The notes beneath the pieces are model-generated. The model saw nothing but the letters and a program-made list of their open reading frames with translations. It did not search any database and was not told where the DNA came from. Source: Octopus sinensis (lineage: Eukaryota). From it: a DNA stretch of 45,956 bases. The stretch is taken from NCBI RefSeq assembly GCF_006345805.1, contig NW_021834967.1:1-45956 (forward strand). The letters are read 5' to 3'. How positions within the stretch are numbered: position 1 is the first letter of the stretch; every line of letters starts with the position of its first letter. The translations under genes were made by a program, and so were the position numbers. Below, piece after piece: positions 15,264 through 26,800 of this stretch.

Positions 15264-15661
15264 CAACAACGGCAACAAAACTAAACAAAAACAAAGACAA
15301 AGCGAAAATAACTAATTACTTCTAGCGGAACAAATTGTATCATAGCGCCCCTCGAACTATTTTCACAGGCTGCCGAACGATCACACGATTAATCTATTTA
15401 CTCCCATTATCAAAACACACACAAATATCAAATATTCATCAGAATGTTCCCATAAAGAAAGTGTCAGATTTAATATTGTTTCTTCTTTCATGCAATGCTT
15501 GTTGTTGTCTTGTACTTTGCATGCTCAGTTTTCCTTTTCTTTTCCATCCTTCCTTCCTTCCTTCCTTCCTTACTTCCTGACTTCATCTTTTCTTTATTTT
15601 GTTTCATTTTTTTTACATTCCTTTACATTGGTTTGCTTTGTCTTATTCTTTTATTCTTTTA

Positions 15662-15997
15662 TTCTTTTATTCTTTTATTTGTTTCAGTCATTTGAATGCG
15701 GCCATGCCGCAACACCCCAGGACTTATTCTTTGTAAGCCTAATACTCATTCCATCGGTCTCTTTTGCCGAACCGTTAAGTTACGGGGACGTCAACACACC
15801 AGCATCGGTTATAAAGCGATTGTGATTGTGGGACACACACACACACATACGACGGGATTCTTTCAGTTTCCGTCTACCAAATCCACTCACAAGGCTTTGG
15901 TCGGCCCGACGCTATAGTAGAAGACACTTACCCAAGGTGCCACACAGTGGGACTAAACCATGTGGTTGGGAAGCAAGCTACTTACCACACAGCCACT
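15662..15997 (-). mobile_element. SINE family B, near full length
   Basis: 3' end, (CA) tract, core accaaatccactcacaaggctttggtcggccc and tRNA-like head (accacacagccactcc). Confidence 0.85.
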
Positions 15998-16078
15998 CCG
16001 TTTTTTCTTTCATTCTCTTTCTGTTGTGGTTGGCTGGCAAATTTGGAACAATGCTGATTTCACGCCTGGACACACACA

Positions 16079-16158
<80 letters not shown>

Positions 16159-16600
16159 CTTTCTCATCTCTTTCTCTTTCTCGCTCTCTCAATCTTTCTG
16201 TTTCTCTTACACATTCTAAGACGTGCCTGTCGTACGGTTGCAGGCATGGTTATAGAGTTAAAAATTTCGCTTTGCAACCACACGACTCCTAGTTTGATGC
16301 CACATTGCGGCATCTTGAGCAAATGTGTTCTACAGCCTCGGACACGGCATAACTATTGCTTTGTGAGTAGAATTTGGCTGACACAAACACTGCAGATACC
16401 GTCGCACGCATATATATATATACATGCGTATAATAAGGGATGATCACTAAGTGAACATCCAATATGCTAGATCACCTACGATCTAACCACAAAGAAAAAA
16501 TGTTGAGTACTCCGGTTGATGTAATCGATGTTCCCTCCCACCGCGACTTCTCAAAATTGCTGGCCTTGTGCCAAATTTAGAAACGAGTATTAATAGTAAA

Positions 16601-16900
16601 TGTGGAGGCGCAATGGCCAAGTTGTTAGTGCAGCGGACTCGCGGTTTCGATCCCCAGACAAGGTGTTGTGAGTGTTTATTGACGGAAAACACCTAAAAGC
16701 TCCACGAGGCTCCGGCAGGGGGTGGTGGCGATCCCTGCTGTACTCTTACGCCACAACTTTCTCTCACTCTTTCTTCTGTTGGCCTGCTCGCTTAGCCAGC
16801 GGGGTGGCGTTATTTGAAGGCTAAAACAATGCGAAGTGCTTTGTGACCAGCGATGTGTAGCAACATCTGATAGCCTGGTCGGTCACGGTGATCACGGTGA
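16601..16900 (+). mobile_element. tRNA-derived SINE family C
   Basis: A-box-like ggcgcaatggccaagttgttag, B-box-like ggtttcgatccc, and a short tandem tail (cacggtgat)x2. Confidence 0.65.
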
Positions 16901-17151
16901 TTAATAGTAACTAGTCTCAGTATCTTCTCTTTCAACGATCCGAAGAACAGATTAATTTTTAAAGAAACCTCACTATCTTTAAACATCATAAATGTTTATG
17001 AAATATATTTGAAAATAATCTAAAATAATCTTTCCCGAACAGGAGAAAGCGAGAAAATATACAAGTATATAGAGGGAGCTTACATAATATATTGAGGTAA
17101 TATATGTATCTCTGATAAATACCGTATTTATTTCAACAATCGTTAAATTAC

Positions 17152-17311
17152 CTCGATCTGATATAATAGGCTTAAATTTACATATTACTGATCGAGTATC
17201 ATTAGCTATAAACGTTTCACAACTAGATGTAATAATATTCTTAAGCTCTAATGCATCGCCATTTATGTTTGATACAAACAAGAATAAAAAGTAGTGTAAT
17301 TTATATATCAT
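17152..17311 (-). CDS. Candidate first coding exon with signal peptide (unconfirmed)
   Basis: ATG-initiated MIYKLHYFLFLFVSNING-DALELKNIITSSCETFIANDTRSVICKFKPIISDR, ending at a GAG|GTAATT donor in phase 1; no downstream exon found. Confidence 0.25.
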
Positions 17312-17730
17312 AACTCGCAGCTATACTACTTGAGCGTTACATCCGGCTGTTATTCAAATATGTCCTACACTGGAGTAAACATCTGCATTATCAATCAAAA
17401 TGACTGTATTTGAAGTACAATTTTCTAACGATTTATAATAGAAAGGAACAGGTAAATACGTGGTACGATTGTGTTATATTTATAAAAGAGTATGATTATC
17501 ATATTTAATAATTCAGCTCGACAGTCCGTTGAAATGGTCTAACAGTTAATGGTTTTTAAAACCTTGATAAATTTAAATTTGGTTACCACTAGCAACATGT
17601 ATTGGAAATATTTTCAATAACAAAAAAGGAGAAAAATATTATGAAGTAACCTTCAAATAAATAGATATAACTCTAAATTATTATTAAATATTCTGTTAAA
17701 CTATGAATGTATGTATGTATGTATCTATCT

Positions 17731-17834
17731 ATCGAAAACCTAACCCACCCTTCTTTTCTCTCCCCCCAAAAGAAAAGCTCTACTTTGTAATCTGTCCCGT
17801 ATGTGTGCAGCCCTGTGTGGCTAATAAAGAAACA

Positions 17835-17836
<2 letters not shown>
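17731..17836 (+). mobile_element. Isolated 3' end of a second Tx1-family copy
   Basis: caaaagaaaagctctac...ggctaataaagaaacata matches 22190-22260 with about six substitutions in 70 bp; flanked on both sides by (TATC)n. Confidence 0.85.
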
Positions 17837-17923
<87 letters not shown>

Positions 17924-17956
17924 CTATCTATCTATCTATCTATCTATCTCTATCTA

Positions 17957-18003
<47 letters not shown>

Positions 18004-18004
18004 A

Positions 18005-18427
18005 AAAAGAAGGAAAATAAAGAGCAGAAACACAACCAAACCAAATGCAAACACGAACAAAGCAGGGGGAAATACATCTCCCGAAGACATTTCAAACCCC
18101 AACGCAAACAACAGCCACACCAACACCACAAAAACATATACAGCAAACATGCTCACAGCCATAGACACCAAAAACACAAATTTGATGGAATACATCCAAT
18201 CAAAAACAAACATAACAGAAGATGACATAAAAACAAACAATCACCCATACACAACACCACCAGACCACATCAAAATATTACACATCTCCAAAAGTCTGCA
18301 CCACACACTCAAAGGCATTTTCCCCAGTGCGGTTGGTAAATGCCAAAAATATCTCACAAATAAACTGTACTGGGATCTTCTCGAGGACAAACCAACGGAG
18401 GAGAAAGCAAAAACTTTCGAGCAGTAA
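18005..18427 (+). pseudogene. Probable C-terminal part of ORF1 of the Tx1 element
   Basis: Frame open from 18005 ([17 protein letters not shown]...EKAKTFEQ*), stopping 31 nt before the ORF2 ATG; no recognisable motif. Confidence 0.5.
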
Positions 18428-18458
18428 GTAACCCTCTGTATTCTAATTCATTAGAACT

Positions 18459-21400
18459 ATGATCAAGATGGGTTGTGTAAATGCGCGTGGCTTGGGGTCC
18501 CCTTGGAAACAAGGGTACCTCTTAAATGACATAAAGTCACATAAGTTAGAAATCATAGCCATAAGCGAGACCAGACTCCACAATCCGCGGGCCCTAAAGA
18601 CCATGTTTGGCGGACAGTTCAACATTTATTTTTCCCCCTGTCTGCCGAGAATGGGCGGTAGTGGCACCGCGGTACTTTTTCACAAGAGTCTGGATCTCAA
18701 AGTAAGGACAATATTCGTAGACCCGGAGGGTAGACTGGTCGTCCTGGATGTCGACGGCAGCAATGGGTGCGCTTTTCGACTCGTATCAGTTTACGCACCG
18801 CCCTTAACAGGTCGGGCGGATTTCTTTCAACGTCTAGAAGTTTTCTTGGGAACGTCTCGTCCTTTACTCTTAGTGGGGGATTGGAATGCTACCTTGGACA
18901 CGCATGTAGACTACGTGGGTAGAGATAGGAATAGACGGGGATGCAAATGCCTCAGAGACCTGCTCAGAACGCTTTCAACTGTCTGACAGGTTCCGACTAG
19001 ACCACCCGAATGCGCCAACGTGGACATGGAGCAACCGCATCGGGTCGTCGAGATCGTATCTAGATAGGATACTGTGTAGGACAGTAGATAGAGATAGCAT
19101 AGGATGTCCACAATTCCACATAGTCAGCTACACGGATCACAAACTTGTGACATGTACGCTAGACTTAGGTAAGACACTTAGGCAGGGTCCCGGATACTGG
19201 AAACTAAACGCGTCTTTCCCATCGAGACAGGTTTTCAGAGACCGGATTAGCACACTAGTAAAGAGGGCTTTGACGGGAGCCATCATCAACAACAAATGGT
19301 GGTTTGCCCTCAAGAGAGCAGTAAAAGCAGAAGCGATTAGGTACAGCAAAGCACTAGCCATAGATAGAAATAGAGTAGAGGGTGAGCTAGTTAAGAAGCT
19401 AGAAGAGGCAATTAGAAGCGGCATCGCATCCGACGTTTTGGCGGCGAGGTTGGCCCTCGACCAACACTTCAACGCCAAACACGAAGGATGTGCTGTCAGA
19501 GCTAGGATGCGTGCTCTAAGGAACGAAGGTGTTGGAGCCGCGAGAGAGGCCCGGGTGGCAGAGGCGCAACAGGGCAACAAAGCCACCATTCGGTCACTGG
19601 TAGATGAACAGGGGCGCGAATTGCTCGAGCCAAGTAAAATGTGTGAGGCCTTTCAGCAGCATTTTGCCCGACTGTTCGGAACGAGTGGAGGGCAAGAACG
19701 TAGGGTGGACTTCAGTGCCTACCTACATAGCCTACCACGACTCTCGACAAGAAAGGCAGGGTGCTGCGAAGGTGCCATCACGGCGGCGGAAGTGCGGGAA
19801 GCGATGGCAGAATGCTCGAGGGACAAATCACCGGGTTTGGATGGTCTACCCTACGAGCTTTACAATTGTATGCCAGACTTGTTTGGAGATCTCTTGGCGG
19901 CGGTGTACTTCAACTGGCAGCAAAACGGGAGCATTCCTGGTTTTGTGAGCCGAGGAGCCGTAACACTGCTGAAGAAAGATCTAAACAAGGGAAATGTAAT
20001 AGATAACTTTAGGCCCATCACTCTGCTTAATGCAGACTTGAAAATTTTGGCCAAGGTGCTAGCCAAGAGGTTGACGCTTGTCATCGAGAAACTGGTCGAC
20101 AAGGCGCAAACATGCGCCGTGCCAGGCCGGACCATCCATGACAACCTCCATCTGATGCGCTACATCATAGACAGGGTAGTTAACGAACCTGGCATGGGTG
20201 GGGCCCTGATCAACTTGGATCAATCGAAAGCCTTTGATAGGGTAGACCATCGATACTTGGAGGCAGTCCTGAGAGCGGCTGGTTTCGGTCCCGTCTTCCG
20301 CGGCTGGATAGCTGCCTTGTACAGAGGCATCCGTTCGGTAATTCGCGTAAATGGACATCTATCGAGACCTTTCGACATTGCACGTTCGGTCCGTCAGGGA
20401 TGCCCCCTCTCGGCGCTTCTATACGTATTGACTCTTGAGCCACTACTGCGGAAGCTGGCGACTCTAAGGGGCATCCCGCGAGAATTGGGATGCGGGACGA
20501 GCGTGTCTGCATACGCGGACGACGTCACCGTCATAGTGTCTAGCCACGAACACATCGAGCTGGTCGGCGAGACACTGAAAAACTACGAAGCGGTGACAGG
20601 AGCGAAAATCAACCGGGCTTGCGACTAGGCACCTGGAGAAGCAAGCCCATGCCGTCCACCAGCGCCTCCGTCGTGGGACGCTGGACCGACGGCCCGGTTG
20701 AGTTGCTCGGGGTCTGGTTTGGTCCGGACCTCCAAGTGGAGAAGAACTGGAACGAGATAACGAGTAGGGTGGTCACTCTCGCCCGGCAATGGGCCGAGAG
20801 GAAACTGTCCCTAAAAGGTCGAGCGGAGGTGGCGAACACGTACATCGCGTCCGTCATCTACTACCGCCTGACCGTCGTACCTTGTCCCGACCCTACCATC
20901 ACCAAACTACAACGCATCCTCTTTCGCTTCTTGTGGAAAGGATGCGTCCCGATGGTCAAGCGATCCATTTGCTGTCAACACCCGTTAAAAGGAGGGCTGG
21001 GCATGCCGTGGTTGATGATGCGCAGACACGCGCTGAGACTGCGACATCTCTGGCTCTATGTAGACGACGGTGAACAGGTGTGGTCGCCGTTTGTGAGGCA
21101 CGCTTTCCCGCAGCTCGTCTCCATGACCGAACTGCAGTCGTGGATCAAAAAGAGGCCGAAGAAGGGCGAATGGCACCGCGAGTGTCGCGTTGCTCTCAAG
21201 CAACTCTGCCGTCCTGGGTCGACCTTAAGTGACTTCAACACAACCAAAGCATTCTATAGGGTTTTAGTGGAGGGGAGGTACGACGACGAGCTCGGGGCGA
21301 ACCTGGACGTCGACGAGGAGTACCTGACCCGCCTGTTCAGGACGACTTTCGGGCCAGGCCCATGGACAACTTCCAGAGATCCCTGGCCTGGCAGTGCTAC

Positions 21401-21883
21401 CGAGAAGCGCTACCCGTTCGGGATAAGCTCTACAGACACGGCTCGAGAAACACGGGGCCGACCTGCCCGAGATGCGGTCAGAGCGACGAAACCGTTCTGC
21501 ACGCACTCGTTCAGTGTCCAACAATTTCCGACCTGTGGGCTTATGTCGAACAACTGCTGTCACGTGTGGGACGAGTCGGTTTATCAGCTGAGTCTATCGT
21601 CAATATTGTCACGCCTCCTTCCTTCAAACGGGAAGGAAGAGCTATTTTCATCATCCTTGTGGCTATGGCGAAAGAATGTATCTGGTGGACGCGTCTGAAA
21701 GGATTGGAGACAAACACTTTCCTCTCTGGTCAATCTCTCATCAACTTCTTCAAGTACCACTTGAAAAGGAAAGTGAGAGTAGAGAGGCAAGTTTTGTCTA
21801 GCGAATGTTTTAAAAAAAGATGGGTGAATGTAGCAAGAATGGCACGTATGAATGACGAAGCCACCTTGAGCATAGTCCTATGA
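18459..21883 (+). pseudogene. Tx1 ORF2 (APE endonuclease, reverse transcriptase, C-terminal zinc finger) with three frame disruptions
   Basis: NARGL, AISET, LVGDWNA, YLDRIL, TDHK (APE); YWKLN, KSPGLDG, FRPITLLNADLKI, LDQSKAFD, VRQGCPLS, AYADD (RT); CPRC...HALVQC. Breaks near 18965, 20615 and 21360. Confidence 0.92.
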
Positions 21884-22801
21884 ACCCAGAAATCGAAAAC
21901 AGAGAGTTGCTTATTTGCAAAAAAAAAAAGAAAAAGAAATATAAAATGTGACTTCATTGCCCGAGGTTACCGTGGTCTTTTCCGTAGGCTTTTCTTTCCA
22001 CGGGTAAACCTCACCTGTCCTCCCCTTTACACTTCATATTGACATTTCTGTGATAACGATCCCTATTGATCAATTTTTTTTTCCTCTCTCCCTTTTTTTT
22101 TTAACCCCCCCTTTTTTGTCCTCTTTCTCTCCTTTTACGATCCCTTTTGATCGAAACTCCCCCCTTCCTTTTTTTTTTTTTTAACCCTTCAAAAGAAAAG
22201 CTCTACCTTGTAATTTGTTCTATCTGTGTGCAGCCCTGTGTGGCTAATAAAGAAACATATCTATCTATCTATCTATCTACACACACACGCACAAACGCAC
22301 AATACGGAGTCGAATACTTTTTCAAATTTTCTGTTAATTTAGCAGCTAAAATGACTGACATGTGTTTCTGTCTTATAGAGTAGGTGCAGTTGCGTATGCG
22401 ACCCGCAATATTCTGCTATGCACCTTCATTCAAGGTCTTTCCACGAGCATGTTCCGAAGAGAAATGGGTTTATTTTTGCGCGGTTAGCTTATTTCATTAT
22501 CCTACTATGGTTTAAGATACAAAGGGAAAGTGAAGGGGCGACTTTGAAATCTGATATGGCTATAAATTTCACTTCGTATCTGACCTCATGTTAACCTTTT
22601 TGAAGTGATATCATTGGCTAAGTTACACTCTCAATGAAGATGATCTAGACTGAAGAGTGGAGTTTTACGAGTGGTACTTAGCAGGAGTTTTAGAAGATGC
22701 ACACTTTCTACCACAGACTGTTTGGAGTAAGGATGCTATATTTATATTAAGTTGCTCAATTAATCTTCGCAATTTGTGTGATTTAGGCAGCTTAAAATAT
22801 T

Positions 22802-23429
22802 CTTTTATACTCTAGGCACAAGGCCCGAAATTTTTTGGGAGCTGGGCCAGTCGATTAGATTGACCACAGTATGTAACCGGTACTTAATTTACCGACCCCT
22901 AAAAGGATGAAAGGCAAAGTCGACCTCGGCGGGATTTAAACTCAGAACGTAACGACAGACGAAATACCACTATGCATTTCGCCCGGCGTGCTAACGTTTC
23001 TGCCAGCTCGCCGCCTTAGGCAGCTTAAAATATTCTTTTCTACTCTAGGTACAAGGCCTGAAATTTTGAGGGAGAGTACCAGTCGATTATATCGACCCCA
23101 GTGCGTAACTGTTACTTAATTTATCGACCCTGAAAGATGAAAGCAAAGTCGACCTCGGCGGAATTTGAACTCAGAACGTAAAGACAGACGAAATACCTAT
23201 TTTTTTACTACCCACAAGAGGCTAAACACAGAGAGGACAAAGAAGGACAGACAAACGGATTAAGTCGATTATATCGATCCCAGTGCGTAATTGGTACTTA
23301 TTTAATCGCCCCCGAAAGGATGAAAGGCAAAGTCGACCTCGGCGGAATTTAAACTCAGAACGTAGCGGCAGACGAAATACCGTTAAGCATTTTGCCCGGC
23401 GTGCTAACGTTTCTGCCAGCTCGCCGCCT
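22802..23429 (-). mobile_element. Three stacked SINE family A copies (22802-23016, 23035-23187, 23188-23429)
   Basis: Full heads (aggcggcgagctggcagaaacgttag on minus) in copies 1 and 3; copy 2 head-truncated; 18-bp target repeats at 22784, 23017, 23430. Confidence 0.9.
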
Positions 23430-23617
23430 TCGGCAGCCTAAAATATTGGCGTGGGAAAAGTTCTCGGGAATACGTTCTTCAAAGCCTCACTTTCCTACAT
23501 ATGCATTTATTCAAGTTTTAATAAACTTAGCGAACTTATCTGCCTTGCCTTTCTTGACCAGAATTATCTTAAAAGCTAACGATATTCCTTTTTATTAGGG
23601 TTATATTTATTAATCAT

Positions 23618-24113
23618 TCTTTTATTTGTTTCAGTCATTTGACTGCAGCCATGCTGGAGCACCGCATTTAGTCGAACCATTCGACCCCAGAACTTGTTCT
23701 TTGTAAGCCTAGTACTTATTCTATCGATATCTTTTGCCGAACCGCTACGTTATGGTGACGTAAGCACCAACATCGGTTGTCAAGCGATGGTGGGGGTATA
23801 AACACACGCACACACACACACACACATACACACACACACACACACACTCACATACACACACGCACACATACGACGGGCTTCTGTCAGTTTCCGTCTACCA
23901 AATTCACTCACAAGGCTTTGGTCGGCTCGAGGCTATAGTAGAAGACACTTGCCCGAGCTGCCACAAGCTTCTTTTAGTTTCCATCTACGAAATCCACTCA
24001 CAAGGCTTTGGTTGGCCTGAAGCTATAGTAGAAGACACTTACTCAAGGTGCCATGCAACGGGACTAAACCCGGAACCATGTGGTTGGTAAGCAAGCTACT
24101 TACCACACAGCCA
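23618..24113 (-). mobile_element. SINE family B with duplicated central core
   Basis: Core cttc..agtttcc..tctac...gaagacactt occurs twice (about 23877-23963 and 23967-24055). Confidence 0.85.
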
Positions 24114-24606
24114 CATAATGTGGCTGTCTTGGAAGGGACGATGTTACTGTTATTTTAGCCCCAAGAAACATCGTTTCTAGCTGGCTATACGACACGATAT
24201 CTCTGTCCTTATATTTTCGAACTGGGAGTTCAGCATTCCTACCTAGCGCAAAACAACAATTGTGGACTAGTTTCTGAGTTATTACCCTTTATCAACACTG
24301 AGTAGTTGCTTGGCCAGATCGAAATTTGTTTTTGGCTCACTACATTATATGTTAGTTCACACTTAAATATATACTCTTGATATAAAATGCAACACCGAGA
24401 AGTTTAGTTATTTCTGTTTATAAGTCTTTTGAACCAAAATCATATATCGTCGCTCCAAAACATGAATAAATGAATTTAACATGAAACATGAATTTAACAA
24501 AAACACAAAACGAAATAAAAAGTAAAGGTAATATCATTTTTGTTGTTGCTGTTGTAACTATCGTTATTATTGCAGTTGTATGTATATATATATATATTTA
24601 CACACA

Positions 24607-24644
<38 letters not shown>

Positions 24645-25464
24645 TATAATATCTATTTACATATCTATTTGCATAACACACGTGCATATGTTTGGGTATG
24701 TGTGTGTGCATATGTGTAAAGATACACTCACATATATATCATGTGTATATTATATATATATGTGTGTGTATATACATATAAATACATATGTATAAGTAGA
24801 TATTTATATGTATATAATATATATAGGTATACTATTTATATAGGCATGTGTGTGTTTATATATGATATGCATATCCATATATATATGTATATATATATAT
24901 ATATATATAATATTTATATATATATATGTATATGTATATATTGATAGATAGATTGAAAGATATACATGTGTGTGTGTGTACACGCATACTTATAGAGTAA
25001 TGGGGAACATATATACGTGTCAGATTGTGTATGCGTCGTTACACAAAGCAAAGCTATTAATAAAAATCACAATGGGAAGAGCGAGACGCGTTAATATTTT
25101 TCATTTGTTTTTCCTTGTTCGAGTATACATTTGAAGTGTGATATAGATTTATTTATCAGAAATAAATCAACGAATCAACTGTACAGCTACCGTCATTTTT
25201 CCTAATGCTTTGTCATTTTATATAAGGTTGACGATCTTATTTTATTATTCTATAACTATTTATTTTTGTATAATATGGTGTCGGCTGCTTTCAATCAAAA
25301 CTTTTTTTTCATTGTTGCATGCATAATGACACAATTTGAGCAACGAAAAAATATGATTTAGTTTATCTCTTGAAAAATTAGCATGTAATTTAATTCATAT
25401 CAGTTCCATTCACATTCATATCACGAACACATAAAAATTTATACACACACACACACAACACACA

Positions 25465-25525
<61 letters not shown>

Positions 25526-26669
25526 CACACACACGCTCAAATACATAATCACACATAATATTCAAACAAACGCATAGACAATCAGACATGTTGTACACGT
25601 ATATATACACACATTCATACACATATATACACACATATATAAATAAATAATGTGGTACTTATTTACAGACATAGGTGAAACGTTGTAAGTCAGTCAATCA
25701 GTCTATGAATCATTTATTTCGTCGCCTTTTTATAAATATCAATATTATGTTCTTAATAATACTTTTTACTCTTTGCTAAAACCATCGACAAAAGTTTACA
25801 AGAAAACAACGACAAACAAAGGAAGAATCCAATGTACAGAATTGTTCTCGACTCTGTGTGTGTGTGTGTGTGTGTGTGTCTTTCTCTCTCTGTCCCTTTT
25901 TCTCACATAAATATTTACACAAAATGTACAGAGAGCACGTATTCAAGTATATTCGTCAATGAAAAATGCATTTTTATGTTCGTTCCATCTGCTAGAAAGC
26001 GTAATCAAATATCCCTCATATCCCCACCTTACCTACTTAAAGAAAGCAGTATGGACGGGACAGTATAGTTTCTAAATACAGAGTGAGACTGAATGGCTGC
26101 GGTTTCCTACGGCTAGCACGTTTTTTATAACAAATCTCCACAAACAGTTCAAAGAGGTCTGACCAGGGCTTGAACATCTACAACAGCTATAACAAAGACA
26201 AATTATGTTCAGTGGCTGTTGTGTTTTTTCCATTCTTAATTGTTCCTAAAGACATTGAACGCCTGCAGTTTCAGTCTATTGATTATCATTTTCTTATGGC
26301 TTACTCAAGGGAAGAGGAATTGCTTCTTACTTGCACAGCTACCCTCAACCCGAAACTGGTGAAATCTTTACAGTGGATGTTTTATTTGAACGTCGTTAGT
26401 TGACGTTTACAGGAGATAGAAAAACGAAACGTGTACCACGCAAGGGATTCCAGAAATTTGGCGTTGTGTGGCTAATCAAGAATTTGAGGGATGAGTCAAG
26501 TTAATGGCGAGAAGTGAGATCAGTGTAACGGCTAAATCTAGGGAGAGATTGATAATCATTTAACTGAATCGATGGAGCAGAGGCCACCGTAGTAAAGATA
26601 TAAAAGAGGTTGATAGATAGATATATTATTTACATTACTTACATTTGACCTCATCTTGTTTGTTGTTAA

Positions 26670-26711
26670 CACAACGTTTCAGCTGATATACCCTCCAGCC
26701 TTCCTCAGGTG
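26670..26711 (-). ncRNA. Minimal type I hammerhead ribozyme motif in the PLE 3' region
   Basis: cac CUGAGGA a ggcug-10 nt-cagcu GAAAC GU U gug: core boxes, 5-bp stem II, palindromic ACGU stem III, 3-bp stem I. Confidence 0.6.
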
Positions 26712-26800
26712 ACTTATTATTATTATTGTCACTGCCTGGAATCGAACTCGGAATCTTGTAGTTAGTAGCCCGCGTTCTTAACTACTACGCCACATGCCCG
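26712..26800 (-). mobile_element. tRNA-like SINE head adjoining the PLE 3' region
   Basis: Minus strand gtggcgtagtagttaagaacgcgggc...gagttcgattccaggc (A and B boxes). Confidence 0.55.

Larger units (their letters stand above)
18002..22278 (+). mobile_element. Tx1/L1-clade non-LTR retrotransposon, 5'-truncated, with (TATC)n tail
   Basis: ORF1 tail, APE-RT-zinc-finger ORF2, pyrimidine-rich 3' UTR, AATAAA then (ATCT)n. Confidence 0.9.

Noticed and set aside
19137-21790. Antisense and alternate-frame ORFs over ORF2
   Set aside because: Expected shadows of a GC-rich coding sequence.
17767-22262. Direct repeats flanking the LINE read as LTRs
   Set aside because: The protein is APE-RT non-LTR type and the repeats are about 9% diverged 3' ends followed by (TATC)n, so they are two separate insertions.
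25920-26600. Unique sequence that might hold exons
   Set aside because: Only short motif-free ORFs and weak splice sites.
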